A stretch of 64,000 nt of DNA, from assembly GCA_907165135.1 (NCBI GenBank), contig OU015566.1:12400001-12464000 (forward strand), in the 5' to 3' direction. This document shows positions 36,210 to 46,116 of this stretch, piece by piece. The DNA comes from Oikopleura dioica. Its lineage: Eukaryota > Animalia > Chordata. The notes beneath the pieces were generated by a model. It saw nothing but the letters and a program-made list of their open reading frames with translations, did not search any database and had not been told where the DNA came from. Both the position numbers and the translations under genes were made by a program. Each line of letters begins with the position of its first letter. Position 1 is the stretch's first letter.

Positions 36210-38496
36210 ATGAGGGTAGGCAAGTTTTCAAATTTTCACGGCGTCAATTTATTTTTTAGGTTCTTCCATTCCTCCTCGCGGTCATTTCCGCTCAAGAATG
36301 TTCCTCCGGAAGCAAGGATCTAACACTCACTCCAGGCGCCACTGGCGAAGACGTCGCCCGAGCAACAATCGCCAAAGTGTGGCAGGTCATCGCAACCTGG
36401 GACTCAAAATACGAAGAGCGTGATTTCTTCCTCCGATATGCCTACGCCGAGACCAATTATGGAGTCGTTATCGTCCACGATGTCCAACAAATCTGGGCAC
36501 TCAGCGAGGAGCAGTTCAAGACGGCCCAGAAAGCGCCCATGGTTAGCAGAGTCTCGAGCGAATTCAACGTCAATTTCGCCGCGCTGGAGTTTGACGAAAT
36601 GAATATACCTACCTACTCGATGCTCGCACTCTTTTTGCTTCTCGATGACATGAATGTCTTCCCGATTCCATTCTCCATCGACGACCAAGCTACCATCTAC
36701 GCAAGTGTAACGAGCAACACCCTGGACGAGTTCAAAGATAGCGTCAACGACCTCGATCAAATCACCCAGAACGAATGTTCCTCCAAATCCCTCGATATCA
36801 TTTTCTTAGTCGACGAGTCCGGATCGGTCGGAATCCAGAACTTCAACCTCATCAAAAACTTCCTCGTCGATTATGCATCTGACAGTAACATCGCTGCCGA
36901 TGCTACTCGTATCGGTGTCCGACCATTCTCCAGCTCAACTTATCTCTATTTCGCCCTGGATGACTATAAGACCAAGAACATCATTCATGAGCTCCAAAAC
37001 ATGCCCTACAATGGCGGTGGAACTGACACGGCTACTGGACTCGATGCTGCTCTCGGCGATTTCGGAAATGACCGACCTGAATCTGTAAAGTTCTTGGTTA
37101 CAGTCACTGACGGTGCTAGTAACTCTTTTGACGCAACTAAAGCGGCCGCTGATCGAGTGAAGGCTGACCCAAGAAACATTCAATCCTTCGCCATCGGTGT
37201 TGCTGGAGCGAACATGGACGAGCTCGAAGCCATTGCTACATCCAAAGACAACATTTACATGCTCAACGGCTTTAGCGACTTCGATCCAATCAAGAACAAC
37301 CTCCAGAACAAAATCTGCGAGGGCAACGTCGAGAACAACAACGGTGGCGACTCGCAAATCGGTGGCAGCACCAGCCAGCCAGGCAAGCTCATCATGAAAC
37401 TTGGAATGTCGGGCAAGGACAACTTTGATGTCAAATCTACTGGCCCATTGACATTCTACATTTCCCGAACCAACCCACAACCCGGACCAGCCGTTTACGA
37501 CAAGACCTTCGAAATAACCACTTCCAACTTGAACACGTGGGTTAATCAAAACGTCGGGTCTGGCCATCAATGGATCTACCTCGGCGCCTACAACTACAAG
37601 CCAAGTAAAGCACTCATCTCTCTGAACATCAACTCTGGCGGCGCGACTTCCCCAGAGGATCCGGATCCAGTCGTCTGTCAGCCAAACGCGCAATGTGTTG
37701 GCGGCACTTGTCAGTGCTTTGACCAGTATGCTAACATCGATGGCGAATGTGTTTTCGATCGCTGTGCGAGTGCTAATTGCTTCAACGGGTACGAATGTGC
37801 TCCTGATACGGGCGACTGCTACTGTCCAGAGGACCATCTTGAGCTAGATGGAAACTGTTACGCTGCAGAATGTCCGGAATCAGTTGTTGAAGTTCATGTA
37901 AGTTTTGCCCGCTAGAATTCAATACTAAATTAGTATTATGCTATCAGAACAACGAATTGGGATACGCTACTGGGGAAATCACCTCTCCCTGGTTCGAGCA
38001 CGGTGCTGAATATCCTCACAACTTCGACTGTACTTACGAGTTCGAGACAATCAGAGCTGAGGGAAGTTGTTATGAAGTCATTCTAGAGCAACCGTTTGGA
38101 ATTGAAGCATCGGCGAACTGTGAAAACGACCGTCTGGAAATCTTTGGCGTTTTAAATGCCGATCAAGGTATTTCAACAGCACTTTTTCTCACAAAAGTTA
38201 ATGATTTAGTAAATATGGATCACTACTTCGAGCGTGATTATGACACAGCCGTTCTTTGCGGTCGAGCCTGTACTGCCGAGACAGGATGGGTAGGCAAGGT
38301 GTGCGGCAATCACTTGAAAATTCGATTCCGCTCCGACCATATGGTCAGCGACATTGGATGGAAAATCAAATGGATCTTGAGACCAAAGGAAGACTGCGAC
38401 TGCCACTGCGAAGAATGTGACGAGTGGGATGGCGAGTATCCAATGTGCGACTACAAAAATGTTAGACCAAAGAACCGAAATCCTGGCAATAAATAA
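36210..38496 (+). CDS. Secreted protein: lysozyme-like N-domain - VWA - unknown beta-rich domain - 2x EGF - CUB (oikosin-like)
   Basis: ATGAGG micro-exon plus signal VLPFLLAVISA; VWA with intact MIDAS (DESGS, GGTDT, VTDG); EGF repeats; CUB (ITSPWF..YPHNFDCTY, FRSDHMVSDIGWKIKW). Confidence 0.85.
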
Positions 38497-38505
38497 TATA
38501 TTTAA

Positions 38506-39471
38506 TCAAAGTTCTTTGTAAAATCGAATCAGCTTCATTCGACTGAACCAAATAAAGAAATCAAAAAATTGTTTCTCGAGAAATCTTGTCCTTCCAATCG
38601 TTGGGAAAGGGTGAAGCTCCCAATCGTAGCCACATTTTTTGTAGAACTTGATTGCAGGATATTGAGGAGTTGTTGCCTCAAACACAATTAATTTTATACC
38701 TTCTTCTTTCGCTCGTCTCTCCAAATCGCCTAGATAAATAGATAGCTAATATTTCAAACTAATAAAAAAGGTCTTACTTAACATTTTTTGCGCGATTCCG
38801 AGTCTTCTTGCGCTGTGCTTCACGCACATTGAAAACATCTCCCAGGATTTATTTTCTATTTTCACTCCCTGTAAAATTTACAGTGTAAATCTATTCAGTC
38901 TGATGTGTTCCGTAATATTTTATTCAACAAAACTTGCCTTGAAGTGAGTTATCTCGGGTTTATCCAAAAAACCAACTGTCCCCAAAATCTCATTGTTTTC
39001 TCCTTCAGCAACAAAAAAGTTCTTTCCGTAGCGCTTTTTGATTTCCAACATGTCTGTCCTGGATTTGACGTAGTCGTTGTTCGATGTTTCAATCATGAGT
39101 CGCAAGTATAAGAGGAAAATTCCAGACGGGAGTATGGAAAACAAAATTGTTTGAAAAATGGTAGAAGCAGGACAAATATAGTGCACAAAAGCGGGTATCA
39201 TCAAAAAAATTACGCGAACATGATGTTGATTTGAAAGCCAAGCGTACATTCCCCTATGAAAATGTTAAATACTTCGAGATAAACCTTGACTTATTGCTTG
39301 GTAACATCGGGGGAAAACGGATTCGGTTGGCCCAACTCCCGCAGAGTGTGAACGTGCAGGAGGTGTCAAGCTGAGTGAAGGAGATGCAAGGAGATCAACT
39401 GCAATCCCATGCTGCCAGATTTCGTAAGCCGAATGTTGATCTTTTTCTTTAAACTCTCTTATTATTATCAT
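38506..39471 (-). pseudogene. NAT8/camello-like acetyltransferase, copy 3; exon 1 disrupted by an ~88-nt insertion (probable pseudogene or N-truncated form)
   Basis: Exons 2-4 are intact and homologous to the other copies. Exon 1 diverges after GIAVDL and has TAA where two paralogs have TGG just before the donor. Confidence 0.6.
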
Positions 39472-39622
39472 TACAAGTTCGGCGAGTTCATGTATTCAAA
39501 GTCGAACGAAGAAGCTTTTTGGCACAAAAATGAGAAAAATCAATAAAACATAACATGTTATGATTGAGTAGTCGACAATTAACGCTATAAAAAGAGAATC
39601 AAATGATACCAATTTTAATATT

Positions 39623-40457
39623 TTAGATTTTTTTGTAAAACTTAATAATGTTCATTCTGCAGAACCAGAAGAAAAAATCGGCAATCTGCCTCTCAGGAAA
39701 TTTTCTGCCAAGCGTCGGGAAGTTTTCAAGCTCCCAATCGTAGCCGAATTTCTTGTAAAATTTAACAGCAGGAACCTGGGGCGTTGAAGCATCAAAGACG
39801 ATTACTTCTACGTTTTCTTTTCTTGCTCTCATTTCCAAGTCACCTAGAAATTCCAGAAAAATACGGATAAGTAGACAGAATACCAAGCAATTTATGAGCG
39901 ACTCCCAATCTTCGAGCGCTGTGTTTGACGCTCATGGAAAACATCTCCCAAGATTTTCCTTCGATTTTCTTTCCCTTGGAATCTGTAAGCTCCATGTTTA
40001 ATTTCAAAATCTACCTTGAAATGAGTGATGTGTGGTTTTTCAACATAAACGATCGTTCCTAAAATCTCTCCATTGTCCCCTTCTGCGACGAGAAATCGCT
40101 TTCCATGATGCGTCTCAATGTCGAGCATGTCTTTTCTGGATTTGACATAATCTTTGTTTGTCAAATGTACCATTAGCCGCAAGAAAGCAAGAAGAATTCC
40201 AGAAGGAAGAGTCGAGTAAAACAGCCCTTGCAAAAGACTCGTCGAAAAGCCAAGGTGATGGACAAAAACGGGCATCAAAAGAATAATAACGCGTATATGA
40301 TGTTGATTCAAAATCCAGTCCATCTTGTCGCTTCGATTTAATAAGAAGCTTCAGAACAAATAGTTACCCAGTGCTTGTTGAGATCAACGCTCATTCCGTG
40401 CTTCCAAATAGCAAAAGCAGCATCTTGATCTTTTCGTTCGAATTCTCTAACTTTCAT
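39623..40457 (-). CDS. NAT8/camello-like GNAT N-acetyltransferase, copy 4
   Basis: MKVREFERKD..IWKHGMSVDLNKHW/MDW.., RFLVAEGDNGEILGTIV, GKKIEGKSWEMFSMS, PAVKFYKKFGY; all introns GT-AG and in frame. Confidence 0.88.
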
Positions 40458-40696
40458 TTTCAGAACTGCTCTGACCATGTTTCTGATTTCATAAGAAGAT
40501 TTGCTCTTACTGCAAATATTTGTCTTGAATAGTTTTCTGTCGATCTTAGTTGTTGTGCAAGACTCTAGAACTTTTGTTGCTGTTCAATTTATTCATGCAT
40601 GTGCTCAATGGCTGAAGAAGTACAGTCTTATGGGTTCATCACACAGTAACATGGAATAAAGAACTTTTAGGCTACATCTACTTGAACTGAATTTGT

Positions 40697-41733
40697 CTAT
40701 ATCATGAGGCTGAAAATAAAGAAGATCGCAGATGCTACCATTTTTCTTTCATCGCTGGTAGAAATGTAGTCCATTCGAGCTTTGTTGCAGCTGGCGGTGG
40801 CACAGTGCTCAACTTTGACGCGTCTGGTAACACTCTTGTTCTCGACGACCATGGGAACGACTGGGAGCTCTTTCGTTTCCTCTCGTATTTGAGTTACTCC
40901 TGCGAGCTGGGAGGACACTCTGCTGCATCCTCGTTTTGCGTAGTAGTATGTTCTTAATTTGAAATCAAGGAAGAGAGCTTGTTCGCATTTTACCTCTCTC
41001 GATTGGTATTCGGATCGACAGCGGTGTAGGAGGAAGTCTCAGAATAACAGCTTGTCGCGTTGAAATCCTCGCAGTCCGACGCAGGTGGAGGGTTTTGGAA
41101 ACAGGCGTTCTAAGAATCGAATAATTTCATTTTAAGGAGAAAATCTTACATTTGCCTCGCTGAATTGAGAATCGCACTGATGACAACGAAGAGGAGCCTG
41201 ATTAAATCTATCGAATCCAAGAGGATTATTTACGCTGATAAGTGCTTGTCCAATACTAAGGGTATCAGCCGCAGTACCAACTGCATATAGCGCTTGAATG
41301 TTGCCGAAGTTTCCAAAGCTTTCCTCTGTCAGTGTCATGGTGCATTGAACGCCATTTTTAGGAATGCACTCAGTTGCGCTGGGGAAGGATGTCACATTTC
41401 GGCCTACCATGGTTCTCTCGTGAACACAGCCCCGCTCAGCGTGAAGAACGTAGAAGTCATCACCAATGTTATCAGAACCACGGGTATTGAAAAAAAGAGC
41501 GTAGCATTTCGAACAGCTCTCCGTTCCGAAATTTGCGGCGTCGGTTGTATCCCAGCAGCCCTTGTTTGGTAGAAGATCCGCTAAAATGAAATAGAAGATT
41601 GGTTATTTCTTAACTTTATACCTGGATTAGTTATGGTTAGAGGCTTATTCCGCTCAATCATCGTTTCGCTACAGACAGTACAGGATTGCTGGGCATAGCC
41701 AAAGGCCAGCAAAGTCGAGAGAAAAAACTTCAT
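40697..41733 (-). CDS. Two-domain Ly6/uPAR (three-finger) protein, probably GPI-anchored
   Basis: Signal MKFFLSTLLAFGYA; CTVC..GC..ERGC and CHQC..C..CY..KRGC..CATASCN patterns; hydrophobic C-terminus VASAIFFIFSLMI. Confidence 0.72.
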
Positions 41734-42278
41734 GGTGAAAACTCTTGCGTCAGCTGGAAAAATGACCGATATTTAAAACAAAATCCACTTGAGATGTCTA
41801 CTTGAGCGAATGTATTAAAAGCGGCGTATAATTATTTATGATGCCTTTGATGCCCGGAAATAATTGATTCTCATTATTTTCTATGATTCCTGCAAAAATT
41901 GACGCATCAAAGGCGCTTCTGGTGGAATATATTTATTTTTGTTGAATTGGAGAACGGATTTTAGAACCGTTTAACTAAAAAAATATGGAAATTGAACATC
42001 GAATTTTGAACAGTGAACTCAAAAATAAAATATAAAGATAAATAAAAAAGAAAGTATATAAGAAAACCTCTTTGAATATAGATAGAGGATAAATAAATAA
42101 AGATATGGAGTGGTTTTAGTTTGAATGCGTCTATAAATTGTTAATTTGAAGACGTTGAATGAAGTTAATGAAAATATTGAATTAACTTGGAAATGGAGGT
42201 ATAATTCGGGAATGGAGTGGAGTTTAATAGACCGAAATAAAAAAGACGTAAATATTGCTGGATATAGTTGCTGATAAC

Positions 42279-43983
42279 TTAGAAAGTGGGGTTGGTAAGG
42301 GGATGGTAACAGTTGGAAGTGTTGGTGTTGGACGGGAATGACGAGAGGGAATCTGTCATCTGGCCACGCTCTGGAGAGCCGAAGGGGCCGATGATTGGGG
42401 TGTAGTGAGTCGTTGCAGTTGTGGCGCCAATGGGAATGTCGACCATTGGAATGGAGCTGCTGAAGAAGTCTCCAGTGTATGGTACTTCTGAAGGGAAAAT
42501 AAGAGGAGGAACTGATTTGGTAAACTTACGAGGTGGAATTCCAAAGGCAGCATCAACAGCAGCAAAAGTGTTGAGATTGGTGAGAGAGGGCTGGGAAGTC
42601 AGTGGAGGAGGAGCCGTAATAGACGTCTGGGATGATGAATGGTGAAGGCTGGTAGGTTGAATGGGCTCCAGTTGAATTGGGATTGGCTGAGGATAGGGCT
42701 TAATGAATCAAAATGAGATGGGAAGATAGACTTACTTGATGGGGGTGGGGAGATCCTTGGATCGGAACAATTTGAACCGGGCTGGCGACGATTTGAATCG
42801 GCTGGTTCATGAACTGCGATCCTTCAGCAAAAATGACAGTTTGTCGGCTGCGGTTAGCCTTCGCATTTGCCAACTTGACTACAAGTCGCTAAAATAAACG
42901 GTTTCTTTTTGCGAATAAGAATTTTTCTTACCAAGCATGGTTCAGATAGCGCATATTTAATGCCAACATCCGCCCATTGTCGATTGTTCATCAAGTCGAT
43001 GACAGTTTGGGCGTGGTCTTGGGTGGGCAGGCGGCAAAAACCAACCGGGTTCTTGCCATCCTTTCCAGCTTGGACGTGGCAGGTGACCTCGTTCGAGCTC
43101 CAATCAATGTCCATTTGATTTTGCTTGAGCTTGTCGGCGATGCACTCTTGGAGGTCTTCTTTGGTGCAGTTGAAGGGCAAAGGCTGGAAGTAGACGTTTG
43201 TCTTGTCTCGCAGCTTTTCCTGAAAAATGATTTATGATAAGAGAAAAGTATCAAAAAACATGATTTGCGGGCGCTTCGTTTTATGGTGTGTAATTTAGGC
43301 CAAATATCTGATCGGGCGTGAGACAGCTCACGCGTTTCATTTCTCAGAACGCTCGGTATCTCTAAATCTTAATCCCCTCTCGCTCAAAATTGCTACCTTT
43401 GCATATTGCGCCGTGTTGGGTCCGACGAGATCGTTGATCTCAGTGACGAATCGTTTGGCAACGTCGATGGAGAGCCCTGGCAGTTTGGATTCGAAATCAA
43501 CGAAGAGAAACTCTTGCGAGACTTCGGGGACAGTTACTTTTGGCGTGATGGTGGATCGCTTCTCCCGGTCGAGGGACATGCTGGCAGTGACGGAGGCGAA
43601 GATTTCGCGGAGATAGTTTTCGACCTGGTTCAAGGTCTGCAGGTGGTAGCGCTCGCGGAGTGGACGGATTTTGATGTAAATGTTCGTCTTGGACTCGACC
43701 TTACCCTCCATGCTTGCTCGAGCTTCGAAGGTGTTCGGAACGAGCGTGAAGGTCTGGCCGCCACTCTGGACGAGAATTGGACCGGTGATCTGCTGAGGGC
43801 CAGGGCCGCCAGGACCAGATCGAGGTGGAGGGGAGTGGCTGAGCGGCATCAGCTGGGTGCCGATGCTGGCATTGCTGCTACAAACAAGTTTTAGGGCCAC
43901 AGAAGGCTTAGTAATGATACGTACCCAGTCCTGGATAAGGGAGGAAAGTTGGTAATGTTGTTGTAATTGAGCTGATCTGCCAT
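42279..43983 (-). CDS. Two-RRM RNA-binding protein, RBMS/Shep-like, with Pro/Ser/Thr-rich tail
   Basis: SKTNIYI, FLFVDFES, QYAK/EKLRDKTNVYFQPLP, VGFCRL and RLVVKLAN follow the RRM1-linker-RRM2 pattern of the RBMS family. Confidence 0.65.
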
Positions 43984-44135
43984 AAAATCGGGTTCGTAAA
44001 TGATTTGATAATCGTCAAACTAAGACTAGGGATGCCATTTGATCATTGAAATTTGAAATTATTGGGATTTGCAACGAAAAATCGAAGAAATTGCTAGAAA
44101 AAGGCGCGTTTTTGCGAGATTCCAATGCTCTAATG

Positions 44136-44387
44136 CTATCCTACGGTTAAAATATACACTTTGAAGCTATCTAGTAACTCTTGTACTGTGAAAGAAAGTC
44201 CCATTTCCTGATAAACGTTGTCTCTGAAGCAGTAACACGGCGCAAAATGGTATGCTGGGGCTAGAATCGGTCCCTCCTGCACTTCATCAACAACAAGTTG
44301 TCTAGAGAGTTCCTCGGAATCGCTCTCCGACTCGCTCCATTCGCTGCCAGTCTCTCTCTCCTCCGGGCAAATAAAAGTGACTTTCAT
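44136..44387 (-). CDS. Small hypothetical acidic protein (83 aa)
   Basis: ATG-initiated intronless ORF, more GC-rich than its flanks, acidic N-terminal half; no family recognised. Confidence 0.35.
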   Translation of the reverse strand: MKVTFICPEERETGSEWSESESDSEELSRQLVVDEVQEGPILAPAYHFAPCYCFRDNVYQEMGLSFTVQELLDSFKVYILTVG

Positions 44388-44721
44388 CGTGTAATTTTAG
44401 ATTTTTGATGTTTCAGAAAAAAATAAATGTTTATAATGAAAAGTTGGGCTTCTTTTTGCGATGTGAGCGGCGTGGCCTGATCCGGTGAAAATCTGGAGTT
44501 TTCTTGAAATTTTTGCTAAAATCACTGGTCTGGGAGACCTTGTACACACGGCTACTAGAGATAATTCACTTGATTTGTATCTTGGTGTTTCCCAAGTCTC
44601 CTAGTCGTCGAATTTCAGCCTTCCTGCATGTCTATGAGACCCTAAGCTTACATAACTACTAATTATATAATATAAACTTTTATTTACAGAATTTTACAGA
44701 GCTCTTTTACAGTTTGAAAAA

Positions 44722-46116
44722 CTAAGATAGAAGGTCAGAAAAGCTGACAGAGTCGCAGGGGGACAAGAAGGGATGATTCAATAATTGTTGGCACGACGCT
44801 CTGCACATCGGATTGAGCGCAAAGCAATTATTGAGAAAGTGGCGAAAAAGCGGGGAGAATCGCTCCGGGAGTTCCATCGGACCAGCAGGTGCCACGGTAC
44901 CAGTGTATCCCGCAATGAGCTTGACGGCCTCGATCGCACTGAACTTGGACATGAGCGGCGGCTCTCCATCGAACAGCTCAAGCGCTAGAATGCCGACGGA
45001 CCAGATGTCAGACTTGATTGATGATGCTCCAAACTTGATCACTAAAAATGGAAAATGAACAAACTGGTTGGAAAAAATGGGGAATAAATTGCTTCACGCG
45101 TGGCTAGGTCACGTGAGCTTGATTTGAGGTGCTTGATTTACACTGATTGATAAACTGGTTTTACGAGTAAAAGAGTTTCTTTTTTGAAAATTGGAAGAAA
45201 ACGCTCAAAAGAAATGTCTCGGTAAAGCTATCTTAGAGTTCAAAAGCAAACTCAATCCCTCGAAAATTCATATTTAAATGTCAAGGTTGCTAAAATTACC
45301 TTCTGGAGCCATCCAATAAGGAGTTCCAATGACAGCGTTTCCTCCACACTTTCCCTCATCATCAGTAACGTCGCAGAAGCCCAGGTCACTCAGGAACACG
45401 TTCCCGTCCTTGGAGAGGAGGATATTATCGGACTTGATATCACGATGAGCAATGGAATTGTGATGAAGCTCGGCTAGGCCTTGAAGCACCTGTCGGAGGA
45501 TGAGAGCGGTCAGTTTTTCGCTGTGACGCGTTTTCTTGCAGAATCTGATCAGATTGCCGAGGTCGGCAAAAGGTGTGACGATCGCCACTTTGAGGTCGCT
45601 ATCGACGGCATCTTCGTAAATGAAGGCTTGATTGAGGGGGAGCAAGTTGGAATGCTCGATGTGCTGCATCGCGCAAATTTCGTTCAGGAGGAGCTGCTTG
45701 TTTTTCAATTTGTTAAGGGGGATTTCCTTCACAGCTACTCTTTCGCCTTTCGCGTTTTCACAGAGATAGACAGTTCCGGAAGATCCTTGGCCGAGGGGAT
45801 GAAGCTTTGAAAAATGATTCCAGGGCGAGTCCTCCACGCAAAGTTCGCACAGTTCCGAGACGAGGTCGGAAAGTGACTCTTCCATGATTTCATTGCTCAG
45901 GATCTCTGATTCGACGATTTCAATTGACGAGTCGAGGGTTGAACTGGACGAGTTGAAGTCAGGATTGAAGGGAATCTCTGTAAAATCGACCGAAGCATAA
46001 CCAGAACCGGCAGAGTCCCAAGACATCGAAGTGTCAATTGAAGTGAAGTCTTCTGAAAGAATCTCTTTTGGCATCTGTTTTCGTGGAGTTGAAAAAATAG
46101 GAGAAGTGGTTTGCAT
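44722..46116 (-). CDS. STE20/PAK-like Ser/Thr kinase lacking a CRIB domain
   Basis: GQGSSGTV, VAVK, LLLNEI, HRDIKSDNILL, DLGFC, GTPYWMAPE/V and DIWSVGI..GEPP; a single intron at ~45043-45300. Confidence 0.88.
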
